This document shows positions 6,990 to 16,054 of a stretch of 64,000 nt of DNA, in pieces. The translations under genes and the position numbers were made by a program. Origin of the DNA: a virus (Duplodnaviria > Caudoviricetes); the IMG/VR virus record IMGVR_UViG_3300031993_000007, one strand, 5' to 3'. The notes beneath the pieces are model-generated. The model was not told the origin of the DNA. It was given only the letters and a program-made list of their open reading frames with translations, and searched no databases. How positions within the stretch are numbered: the stretch's first letter is position 1; each line of letters begins with the position of its first letter.

Positions 6990-9746
6990 TTACGCATGGA
7001 GAATGTACGCAAAGATTTCTTCTTTAGGAGCAAAGCTCTCCCATTTCCAAATAGCCGGACGGGTTTCTAGCTCTTCGTCAGTATCGAATTCCCACATGCC
7101 AAAGGAGTTACTGATTATGCCATAACGATCTGGTCTGTAAATGATCTGTACATACATTTCCATTCCGACCATTATGTCATGCACTGGCAGATAGTCCTCG
7201 CTGGTTCCATCCAATACAACAGGAAGGTCGATAGGATTCATCTGGCTGCTTTCGGGCTGAACCTCTGACAGATAGCCCGACGAGCCTTCTGGATTGTACG
7301 GAGCGGTTTCTCTGTCGGCAGACAATCCATAGAAGGAATCGCTAAGGATCATATGCTGTGGAAGTTTACTAAGATGATCGAATAATCCTATAAAGCCTTC
7401 GCCGCTTCCATCTGCTTTCAGTTTAGTACCGGACACCTGAAGCTGAACAGTATAGCTAATGAATTTCTCAACAAGCATACTTGCAAATTCAGCAAGGTAG
7501 CCCTTTGCGTATGTATCAAAGGATACTGCGCCGGGTTCTAGGCCTCCGTCTTCCAAGAAGGCCAGGATTTCGTTAGCTAGATATGAGAATACGCTTCTAG
7601 CTCGGCCTGTACCTTCGGCAATAGACTCTTCGATTATGCGGAACAGAGTAGGAGCACGACCCTTAAGGACATCTGCCACTGATTCGGCTCCGAAGTAGAT
7701 CGAAGACGGAAGGGTATTAGACTTTAAGAATACGTCTTCATAAATCCCACGAAGAATCTTGTACTCTACGAATTCGGTAAATCCGGCTTCACGGCTATAA
7801 GTATCATACGACTGGTCATCCCAGACTACCTTGCCATGCAACGGATATGGAACTTCGTTTCTAAGTCTATCCTCAAATACCTTTTCGGTTACAGTCTTAG
7901 AAGAGTTTTCCGGAGCTTCAAGCTGGAAGCCCGATGCGATGGCATCACCTACGAATACACTCTGATTATTCTCGGTCTCGACAAGCTTTCCAGAGATAGC
8001 ATCTTGCTGTTCAGAGACAAAGAAGAATAGCTTTTTAAGCTCACGATTGATCCTTATGATAGAGGTCATCATCGCAGACAGCGATTCTGGGCCTGATACA
8101 GTATTAAGAAGCTCTAGAGTATCAGAGATTTCTTTCCAAAGAGTACGTCCATCGGCAGACGTCAGCTTAGAGAAGTATACAGCTTTATAGTTTTCCGGAA
8201 TCTTGAGAGCATCAATACTCGTAATAAATGACAAGACATGCCAAGCGGTATTGTGCTCTCCACCAATAATATTAAAGATTGACGGCTGTGTCTTCCAGTT
8301 CGGGGACATATCCTCGGTCGTCATATCGCTAATGGCTGTTTCCAAATAGTACAATGCCATTAAGGCATAGACCAGAGGAGTGGAGCCTAAGTGCAATTCC
8401 GGAAAAGACGGGATGCTAACAGCCGACGGGCTTATATAGTGCAACAGCGAGAACAAGAGAATCGCACCGTCATTCTGCTCTTCCATGTTGATATCATTAG
8501 AGATACCAATGTACTTAGACGGAAGAACAACCATGCCGTCGCCGAATTCTGCTCTTATCTTTTCAATAACTTCAGATTCAGGGCAGTTTTTCCAATACGG
8601 ATCTGCTCCAGTCACGTCAGCAAAGCTTTGCTTATTGATTTCCGGGTGAGCTACAATGTATTCCAAAGGATTAGCAACATCGAATGGAATTTCTACAAAG
8701 AATAGCTCCTTGTTTCCGGTACCATAATCTCCGTCTTCGCTAGGATTGGATCCAAGGCACATCAGATTCGGATCGCCGTAGACCATGTACAGCTTATAAG
8801 CGTCAACCAGCTCTCGACCAAAGATGTCCTGAATAACAATTTTCAGAGTTTGGGAAGTACTCTTGGTGCGGACTAGCTCACGAATATTCTTAATCACACG
8901 AAGCTGATAAGGCTCTGGCAGGTCATCCAGAAAGTTGATACCGAAGCTATAAAGAGCGTTACGGATGTCGTACTGGTCATAAAGGGCAATGTTGTAAATC
9001 TTTTCTAGCTCAGAATCCAGATAAGAATAGATCGTCATGACAACGATCATCCAGTTCACAAAGGTCGTATAGTTTGGATCCCAGCGCATGGCACGGTTTT
9101 CCATAGCGGCTGTGAACAGGTTTCTATTCTCATTGTACAGCTTTATGAATTTGGTCTTGTCCAAGTACTTGAATGAGATCTTCTTTAGCTGTCTCTTGTC
9201 ATCACCGTCTAGGATGTAGTTTCCATTCGAATCAGTCTCGTATTCGGTATCAGAATAATAGAAGTCCTCCGGATCATAGTAAAGAATGCCGTGGTCAGGA
9301 GTTTGCCTAGCGATATTTGGAAGAACACCGTAGTTGCAGAACAGCAAACGATAATAAGAATTTGCTTCAAAGACGTTACCTATGAAGGGAGCATCTACCA
9401 ATTCTGCATTTTGCATTGGAGTAGCCCTGCGAACCTCTTCAAGGCGTCTCATGTTACTGCCAATATACAGCGAATTCTGAAGATAGATCTGTTGGAAGAA
9501 TTCTACACCATTCGGAATGATATTGTAATCTTGAAGCTGAGGGTTAGGAAACCCTTTCTTGCCAATGCTATCTATATACGGAAGAGTGCCTTCGCAAGCG
9601 CTAATAAAATAAGATCCCCAAAGGATACTCGTAGTAGACTCATGGGCATCAGCCTGGTCTGTATCTTTAAAAACGAAGGTCTTGGCGAATCGTAAAATTT
9701 CTTTTATGGTTGCCGCCGCTCGTTCGTCAATTATAGAATAATCCAT
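6990..9746 (-). CDS. Large virion structural protein, probably baseplate wedge-like
   Basis: Start moved to ATG 9746 (AAGGA RBS), because the TTG at 9770 is part of the late promoter; ELVRTKSTSQTL..IFG resembles the wedge KGT..L motif. Confidence 0.6.
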   Translation of the reverse strand: MDYSIIDERAAATIKEILRFAKTFVFKDTDQADAHESTTSILWGSYFISACEGTLPYIDSIGKKGFPNPQLQDYNIIPNGVEFFQQIYLQNSLYIGSNMRRLEEVRRATPMQNAELVDAPFIGNVFEANSYYRLLFCNYGVLPNIARQTPDHGILYYDPEDFYYSDTEYETDSNGNYILDGDDKRQLKKISFKYLDKTKFIKLYNENRNLFTAAMENRAMRWDPNYTTFVNWMIVVMTIYSYLDSELEKIYNIALYDQYDIRNALYSFGINFLDDLPEPYQLRVIKNIRELVRTKSTSQTLKIVIQDIFGRELVDAYKLYMVYGDPNLMCLGSNPSEDGDYGTGNKELFFVEIPFDVANPLEYIVAHPEINKQSFADVTGADPYWKNCPESEVIEKIRAEFGDGMVVLPSKYIGISNDINMEEQNDGAILLFSLLHYISPSAVSIPSFPELHLGSTPLVYALMALYYLETAISDMTTEDMSPNWKTQPSIFNIIGGEHNTAWHVLSFITSIDALKIPENYKAVYFSKLTSADGRTLWKEISDTLELLNTVSGPESLSAMMTSIIRINRELKKLFFFVSEQQDAISGKLVETENNQSVFVGDAIASGFQLEAPENSSKTVTEKVFEDRLRNEVPYPLHGKVVWDDQSYDTYSREAGFTEFVEYKILRGIYEDVFLKSNTLPSSIYFGAESVADVLKGRAPTLFRIIEESIAEGTGRARSVFSYLANEILAFLEDGGLEPGAVSFDTYAKGYLAEFASMLVEKFISYTVQLQVSGTKLKADGSGEGFIGLFDHLSKLPQHMILSDSFYGLSADRETAPYNPEGSSGYLSEVQPESSQMNPIDLPVVLDGTSEDYLPVHDIMVGMEMYVQIIYRPDRYGIISNSFGMWEFDTDEELETRPAIWKWESFAPKEEIFAYILHA

Positions 9747-9767
9747 ATAGTTCCTTGGAAATTTGTT

Positions 9768-9779
9768 CAATAGAAAGTT
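9768..9779 (-). promoter_or_regulatory. Late-type promoter AACTTTCTATTG
   Basis: Consensus match. Confidence 0.65.
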
Positions 9780-9784
9780 GGAGG

Positions 9785-9791
9785 TATATTA
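9785..9791 (+). promoter_or_regulatory. Early-type promoter TATATTA
   Basis: Precedes the 9816-12744 operon. Confidence 0.6.
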
Positions 9792-9815
9792 AATTAGGCA
9801 TTTAAAGGAGACTTT

Positions 9816-10190
9816 ATGAAAATAGAAATCAGCGAATACGATAATGGCCTTAAGGCTATTGTTATTGACGGCATCACTGTTACTGAAGAACTTGGAACAT
9901 TCTTTAACCTAGCTCCGGGCTATGACAAATCTGTTCCGGCTGGATGGGCGATTTTGGATCCGGAAGTAAGCCAACTGTCTTTCAAGGATGACGAAGTATT
10001 CTTTACAGGAATCTCTCTGAAGCATATCATGTCTAATCCCAATAGCAGAGCTGTATTGCTAGTTAGCTGCGGCCCCAGAGACCGTGATACCAATACGAAC
10101 ATAGCCAGAGTTGTTAAGGTCATCACCGATAAGAAAGGCAAGCTAGAATTCAATCCGGAAACTGGAGAGCTTTCTGATGCTAAATATTAA
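9816..10190 (+). CDS. Hypothetical protein
   Basis: AAGGAG RBS, first gene of an operon. Confidence 0.75.
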   Translation: MKIEISEYDNGLKAIVIDGITVTEELGTFFNLAPGYDKSVPAGWAILDPEVSQLSFKDDEVFFTGISLKHIMSNPNSRAVLLVSCGPRDRDTNTNIARVVKVITDKKGKLEFNPETGELSDAKY

Positions 10191-10848
10191 AAAGGAAATG
10201 GGCGTTCTTATCGAAGCTTGTGGTAATGATAACATTCTAGAGAATTGCCCATTCCAAAGAGAATCCAAAGAAGCGATGATAGACAAAGAGATGGATATCA
10301 TCCGAAGCAATCCATACGCTGCTGGACGATGGCTAGAAGCGTGCCGTGAGTCTCCGGAAGCTACAAAGATTCTCAAGAAGTATCTCAAGGCCGCTGGAGT
10401 TACCGAACATGGCATCTGGATTATAAAGAACTACAACGATCATAGCAAGACTTTGTCTAGTGCAGTATTTGCTTTCTCGGATCTGCTGATAAACACCTTT
10501 AAGACCTATCGAGCTCTCGGAGTTGATCAGAAAGAGTTAACTGACGACGAAAGGTTCGATGCTCTTGACGACTTTAACGTATTCGCACCAGATGCAGAAA
10601 CTTGTGATCGAATTCTGAAGAATCTTAGCGAATATATCAAGGATATGGTTGAGGATTATCTAGATGGAAGCGATAAAAGCATCAGCGACACTGGAGATCT
10701 TGGAGTTCTGGCATTAGCCATCGATGTGGCCAATGATCCTTTAGAATGGCTGAATATCGCAGCTCTATATGATTCTAATAAATTCGGAGAGAACACTGCC
10801 CCGATTTTGGAACTCAACGAAGTCATTGGAGGATTTCTAAATGGCTAG
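10177..10848 (+). CDS. Hypothetical early protein with the C-terminal DP module
   Basis: GGAG RBS; VANDPLEWLNI...VIGGFLNG. Confidence 0.75.
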   Translation: MLNIKKEMGVLIEACGNDNILENCPFQRESKEAMIDKEMDIIRSNPYAAGRWLEACRESPEATKILKKYLKAAGVTEHGIWIIKNYNDHSKTLSSAVFAFSDLLINTFKTYRALGVDQKELTDDERFDALDDFNVFAPDAETCDRILKNLSEYIKDMVEDYLDGSDKSISDTGDLGVLALAIDVANDPLEWLNIAALYDSNKFGENTAPILELNEVIGGFLNG

Positions 10849-11509
10849 ACTGAAAAAGACTTGGATAGAAAAGAATGCGGAATATCTCAAGAATAACATT
10901 ATCAAATGCTTCTTAAGGATTCCGGAAGTCCTTTCCAAAGAATCTTTGAATAATTTTCTGGACACTCAATTTGGACTGATGTGCAAAGATCTGTTTTCAG
11001 CTTTAAGGTTCTTATCACCGTTTATGGTAGATTATCGTGATGATAACGACAATTACGAATTTAAGCTTAGTAACTTTGAAGAAAAGCTCTTAAAACGATT
11101 TCTGATCGAACAGCACCATCTGACTAAAGCAGAATCTAAAATAGCTGTAGATAGATCTTCGGGTATGGTCAATATTCGTATTACCATTGTTGATATCATC
11201 GGAGCTCTTCTCTGGGAAGAAGATCTGAAAGATTTTAGGAATAGCTTTAAGATTTTGCTTCCTAAAGAAATAGCTGTGCCATTCTTCAAGGCAGCTCCAA
11301 AGAGCGAGTATCTGGATTTCTACCTAGAAGAAGCTACTCTAGCTTCGTATATACTAGTAAAGGAATTTCCTCTTAATCCGATCGAGTGGCTATCATTCTT
11401 TGAATCTGCTAAGAGCACAATTCTTAGATCTATAAGTATGGATGAAAGCTCTTTTAATGATCTTACCAACTTGATCAAATCCTGTTTTACAACCAAGGAG
11501 AAAAAGTAA
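10841..11509 (+). CDS. Hypothetical early protein with the C-terminal NP module
   Basis: GGAGG RBS; FPLNPIEWLSF...LIKSCF. Confidence 0.75.
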   Translation: MARLKKTWIEKNAEYLKNNIIKCFLRIPEVLSKESLNNFLDTQFGLMCKDLFSALRFLSPFMVDYRDDNDNYEFKLSNFEEKLLKRFLIEQHHLTKAESKIAVDRSSGMVNIRITIVDIIGALLWEEDLKDFRNSFKILLPKEIAVPFFKAAPKSEYLDFYLEEATLASYILVKEFPLNPIEWLSFFESAKSTILRSISMDESSFNDLTNLIKSCFTTKEKK

Positions 11510-12072
11510 TGAGCGAAGAATTAACAAACATTAATGACATTATTAGTGAACTGGAGAAGTCCGGCACTAAGGTCATTGGAGTTGGCCCAGGCCAAGGATT
11601 GACCATTGGTCTCTTTGGAAGTGAGGCCGAAGAAAGAAGCAGAGCTGATGTTCTTGCAGAACTGAAGCCAAAGGCAGTTAAAGAACTTGCAGAGGCCTTT
11701 AAGGAAATGCTTAACCTTTGGCCTAACACTGTCTTCGAGAATATGGACATCCCGATGGAAATTGTGTTCCAGAATGACTGGGCGCTTGGAGCTATTGGCT
11801 GTCCTAGGCTTCCTGAAGATCGTCGCAAAGACGAAGCTGCTTACACAGCATTCTACAAAGCACTGGCAGAGACCTTTGCGATCTGCCCGACCAACATGGA
11901 AACTGACGAAATGGAAAAGGCTACAGAGTTGCTGATCGACAATATGTTTGATTTGGATCCTACTATTGGTATCAACCTTGGTACTTCTATCGGATTCATC
12001 AATCGTGATAAGCATCCTAGTAAACCGTTCTGTCCGTCACTTATAGAATATGCTAGACGCTATCTGGGGTAA
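11509..12072 (+). CDS. Hypothetical early protein with the C-terminal DP module
   Basis: TAATG coupling, AAGGAG RBS; FDLDPTIGINL...YARRYLG. Confidence 0.75.
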   Translation: MSEELTNINDIISELEKSGTKVIGVGPGQGLTIGLFGSEAEERSRADVLAELKPKAVKELAEAFKEMLNLWPNTVFENMDIPMEIVFQNDWALGAIGCPRLPEDRRKDEAAYTAFYKALAETFAICPTNMETDEMEKATELLIDNMFDLDPTIGINLGTSIGFINRDKHPSKPFCPSLIEYARRYLG

Positions 12073-12074
12073 CT

Positions 12075-12260
12075 ATGATGAACAGTACTATAGCGGCGCT
12101 TGAAGCCGCCTTTCCACTTGAAAAGATCTTGTATTGCAGAGGATGCGGATTACGTCTTAACGATCTTGGTCTAAAAAAGATACCATCTAATTGTCCGGTT
12201 TGCGGAATCTTAACGGAGAATAACCCAAATGATGACAGCACTGCACAAAGCGATGGATAA
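12075..12260 (+). CDS. Small zinc-ribbon protein
   Basis: CRGC...CPVC. Confidence 0.6.
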   Translation: MMNSTIAALEAAFPLEKILYCRGCGLRLNDLGLKKIPSNCPVCGILTENNPNDDSTAQSDG

Positions 12261-12744
12261 GATCATAGATTCTGAAGGCACCACGATTGGAGATTTCTGG
12301 GGATTGCTTACCTTCCTTGAGATTGAGCCGCCCTTGAAACTTCTCAATCAAAAGGGAGAGTACTCAGATCGGTTCAGAAAGGATTTGGAAGACCATTATC
12401 CTATTCAGTTGGATGTGGCCGTCAGATCCAGACTTAGGTGCTATCCCTTGGAAGAGCTTTCGGAATTTATCCGACATCTTCAGATGATTGTAAAGGATGC
12501 AGAACAGATTAAGGATACTTTGGAAAGGGTATATGGAATCCGAGAAGATAATTTCGACACGTACGGATTTGCCTCGGTGATGAAGCCTGTTATCCATCAA
12601 AAATTGGATGACATTCTTGCAGATCCTATAGCCTTCTCTAATAAATTCAGTGAAAAAGATGCACTTTCTCTTGAAAGTTTTAAATTCGGGAAGAGCGTTT
12701 TAAAAGCCATCATAGAAACTAAAAAAGAATTGATCAATGGATAA
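12229..12744 (+). CDS. Hypothetical early protein with the C-terminal DP module
   Basis: GGAG RBS; ILADPIAFSNKF...TKKELING. Confidence 0.75.
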   Translation: MMTALHKAMDKIIDSEGTTIGDFWGLLTFLEIEPPLKLLNQKGEYSDRFRKDLEDHYPIQLDVAVRSRLRCYPLEELSEFIRHLQMIVKDAEQIKDTLERVYGIREDNFDTYGFASVMKPVIHQKLDDILADPIAFSNKFSEKDALSLESFKFGKSVLKAIIETKKELING

Positions 12745-12782
12745 TAAAAAGACAAGCTCACGCTTGTCTTCTTTTTTTCGGA

Positions 12783-13274
12783 TCATAGACTTTTTCTAAA
12801 AAGTCTTTTTTCAGCTTCGATATCTTCTTCAGTCTTGTGGCCATAAATAGATAAGAAAACCTTGTCAAAGCTTTCTTTATTGATCTTCACGGATATAAAG
12901 CCCTGATACACCATTACTAAGCCATAGCCTAGAATTAATACGTTCTCAAGGTACTCAGCCAAGGCGATATCAATGTATCCAATTTTGGCGCACATATACA
13001 TGGTTAGAGCGTTGGCAAGAATTACAAACTTCATGGTCGCATACCCTAGATGGGTACTGAATCCAAATATCGTGTCAGTCCTTTGACTTCTGTTATACAG
13101 AGCTAATACGTACCAAAAGATTGGAATCATCATATACGCCGACGGAGGAGCCTCAAAAAACTTGGCTATCGATCCGCCGACAATTCCAAGGAATGCTCTT
13201 GACGAACTCTTGATGCGATTAGTTCCGTCTGTAAACACTTGCCAAAACATTGTTTCGTAGTTACTCACCTTCAA
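12783..13274 (-). CDS. Integral membrane protein (about 4 TM segments)
   Basis: Several hydrophobic stretches; start uncertain (GTG 13268 possible). Confidence 0.65.
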   Translation of the reverse strand: MKVSNYETMFWQVFTDGTNRIKSSSRAFLGIVGGSIAKFFEAPPSAYMMIPIFWYVLALYNRSQRTDTIFGFSTHLGYATMKFVILANALTMYMCAKIGYIDIALAEYLENVLILGYGLVMVYQGFISVKINKESFDKVFLSIYGHKTEEDIEAEKRLFRKSL

Positions 13275-14445
13275 TCAACTCCTTGCAAATCCAAAAGATT
13301 AATGAATCTTGTCTAAACCACCTGGGAGGTCTGAATTCCATTGTATTGAAGTACTTAATAGGATTAGAGGACAACTCGTCTGCTAATAGCTTTCCAACTA
13401 AAGTAACCGTAGAAGTTCTCTTTCCAATAAGCTTTTCGTCCTTGAAAGACTGGAATTGTTCAGACAATTTATTAGCTAAATTAGACAATTCAGAAAGGTC
13501 ATTGGCGAGTTGCTTAAACCTTTCTGGAGAGTCATTTTGAGCATATCTCCGGGCTTCGATGTTGAAGCTGAACATTCCTCCTCCAATGCTTTTAAGCTTG
13601 TAGAGAAATTGCTCGAACAGCGGATTCGCATTCGCAAGGAGTTCTGCATCAGTGCTGTATCCAGATGGAGCATACCTACACAACCTTGTGGTCATGTCGG
13701 CAAGCTCATTTATGTCTCTAAAATTTGGCTTGTAGATCAGCGTCCCATACCAGTCTATGGTAGAGGGAGCATTACTTCTTTCGTGATACTGGTATATACC
13801 ATCACGAACTTTTCCTTTCTTCTCGCCTTCTTTAAACCATTTAGGGAACTTCTCCTTAATACGATTTGAAATTCGAATGTTCATGAAGTCAACTCCCATA
13901 GAATATAGGATTGCTTCATTAGAACTCGTATAACCGCATTTGGGAATAGGTGTGCCCTTAGATTCATAAAGCTCTATAAATCTGTCTGCCCAAGTCACGA
14001 ATGAAAGGCACGCATAATCCTTAGAATTGTTCCATCCGCCAGCTTCCCTAGTGGAATTAGACCAGAGTCTATAAGATGCGATCGGAACAACCCCTGTATA
14101 ATTCTTGAATTTTGTTTTACCTTCAATAGTAAACGGATTGTATTTTCCTCTTGTAGGCTGATGTTGGTCTTTATACCTTCTGAAGAACTCGTGGAACAGA
14201 AGATGATTTGGAATACAGCCTCTTGCAATATATACAGCATCCGCAATAGCCTTCAGATCGTCTTCAGACTTTCCAACGAGAATATCGTAAAGAAGCATCT
14301 CTTTGTATTCTTCAAGATTTATAGGATGTCTGTTTTCAAATCTTTGTTCGTAGAAAATAGATTGCTTAGTTTCTATCCTTGTTTCGTTGTAAAGAATCGT
14401 CGCAGCCTTCCTTAAGATAGGTCTGCGCAGATGTTTTTCTTTCAT
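13261..14445 (-). CDS. Hypothetical early protein with the C-terminal NP module
   Basis: GAGG RBS; LSSNPIKYFNTM...ICKELIEGE. Confidence 0.75.
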   Translation of the reverse strand: MKEKHLRRPILRKAATILYNETRIETKQSIFYEQRFENRHPINLEEYKEMLLYDILVGKSEDDLKAIADAVYIARGCIPNHLLFHEFFRRYKDQHQPTRGKYNPFTIEGKTKFKNYTGVVPIASYRLWSNSTREAGGWNNSKDYACLSFVTWADRFIELYESKGTPIPKCGYTSSNEAILYSMGVDFMNIRISNRIKEKFPKWFKEGEKKGKVRDGIYQYHERSNAPSTIDWYGTLIYKPNFRDINELADMTTRLCRYAPSGYSTDAELLANANPLFEQFLYKLKSIGGGMFSFNIEARRYAQNDSPERFKQLANDLSELSNLANKLSEQFQSFKDEKLIGKRTSTVTLVGKLLADELSSNPIKYFNTMEFRPPRWFRQDSLIFWICKELIEGE

Positions 14446-14446
14446 A

Positions 14447-15982
14447 TTATTCCTCAGGGTTGATAAATGCGCTAGCTATATCGTGTATAGAACGATAGAA
14501 GATGAAGTCTTGTTCTTCTATGTCGTTCATTTGTCCGGCAGTAGGTTTGGCATTATTCAGCCATTCCAAAGCGTTATTGTACATAGTGATCGGATCCAAC
14601 TTGATTTCGTTGAAGAGTACCTTAAAGAATTCCATTATATTCTTTCCGATATCATTGGTCTCTCTGTACATATTTTCAAGAGCACTGTATACCTCTTCCT
14701 TAGACTGAACTTTGTCAAGAAGGGCTTTGCAAGACGCTATCCATTCTTGGGCTTCTGCTCCAAAGACTTGGAATCTTTGGAACGTAGGCCTTCTGGTTTG
14801 GTTCTCCATAGCCTTTTCAATTAAAGACGAAGCATTTATTATCGCAGACATAGCCATTAAAAATACTGGATAAGCCGGAAGCAACCTAGATGAGGCCCAC
14901 GCCAAGAATTCTTTGTTGCTGCGGAAGCTCCCAATCATTTCTGAAGCGCAGAGATAGACAGTATGGTCTATGTTGTAAGCTAAATCAGCTTTCAACTCCC
15001 AGCATCCGTTAACTACAGAAGGACTGGAATTTTCAAACACTACAGAGAGCTTTCGAACCGCAGAAAGATTATCACCTTCTTCAAGTCTGTGTAGTACAAG
15101 TTTCTTAGGCCAGCACAAAGCCGCAAGTACCGCATCAATGACATCGCCTTTGGAGCTCATGTCATAGTAGTCGAATAAGACATTGCTGCCATCCTTTTTG
15201 GCATCCTTGTCAATATTGTCAATTACTGAAGTGATAGTATCGCCGAAGTTTTCTCCATAAATACGAAGATAACGTCCAGCTATATTGTCAGATCTTCGAT
15301 TAACGAACAGATGAATAGGATTTACTAGCGATGACAAATTCTGAACATCTTGCATCAAACAAACGGTGCTGTACGCCCATTCATGCTCGTACGCCATCTG
15401 CCTTCCCATAATAACATAGATATCTTCAAGTTTCCTTGCACCTTCGCTATATGCTTCCTGAAGCAAAGCATTCATTCCTTGTTCAATCGTTTTGTGGAGC
15501 AATGGAAGTTCTTCGTTATAGACTTCCAGAAAAGCTTCACGGAACTTTTCCGGAGTTCCGGCCGATTTAAGCTTATTCCAATGCTTGCTATTGTTTCTGA
15601 TTTCGGCAGATCCAATGAACATGCAAGTTTCAATCCAGGTTTGTCTATAAAGTCTAGCAGATACGCTGTCTTCGCCCAACAACAGACGACGATATAGGCC
15701 GTCACGACGGATCATACCGTTGTTATACTCGTAATACTCCGTTCCCTTAGGGCGCCACTTAAATTGCGGATGGCCAGCCATTGCCTGAACAGCGGCGTCT
15801 GCATGAATAGCGGCATTCTGTTTATTGCATTCATTTTTCAAAGTTTCTCGAAGCTGATCAATTTCTTCTCGATTCCAGATATGGTTAGAAAAATCTATCT
15901 CTCCTTTCTCGATAAGATCAAGCAGAATTTCTGTATTACTCGGCTTTTTGACCTTTAAGTCTTGTATTCTTGGTGTGCTCAT
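14447..15982 (-). CDS. Hypothetical early protein with the C-terminal DP module
   Basis: Start moved to ATG 15982 (GGAG RBS, TATATTAT at 16009-16016); IKLDPITMYNNA...IASAFINPEE. Confidence 0.75.
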   Translation of the reverse strand: MSTPRIQDLKVKKPSNTEILLDLIEKGEIDFSNHIWNREEIDQLRETLKNECNKQNAAIHADAAVQAMAGHPQFKWRPKGTEYYEYNNGMIRRDGLYRRLLLGEDSVSARLYRQTWIETCMFIGSAEIRNNSKHWNKLKSAGTPEKFREAFLEVYNEELPLLHKTIEQGMNALLQEAYSEGARKLEDIYVIMGRQMAYEHEWAYSTVCLMQDVQNLSSLVNPIHLFVNRRSDNIAGRYLRIYGENFGDTITSVIDNIDKDAKKDGSNVLFDYYDMSSKGDVIDAVLAALCWPKKLVLHRLEEGDNLSAVRKLSVVFENSSPSVVNGCWELKADLAYNIDHTVYLCASEMIGSFRSNKEFLAWASSRLLPAYPVFLMAMSAIINASSLIEKAMENQTRRPTFQRFQVFGAEAQEWIASCKALLDKVQSKEEVYSALENMYRETNDIGKNIMEFFKVLFNEIKLDPITMYNNALEWLNNAKPTAGQMNDIEEQDFIFYRSIHDIASAFINPEE

Positions 15983-16012
15983 AATTTCTCCATTAAGGTT
16001 GTCAGGATATAA

Positions 16013-16048
16013 TATAGAACCGTTATCCATCTCTGGATAACGGTTCTA
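16013..16048. terminator. Terminator hairpin after the portal gene
   Basis: TATAGAACCGTTATCCA-tctc-TGGATAACGGTTCTATA; coordinates approximate. Confidence 0.75.
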
Positions 16049-16054
16049 TATAGG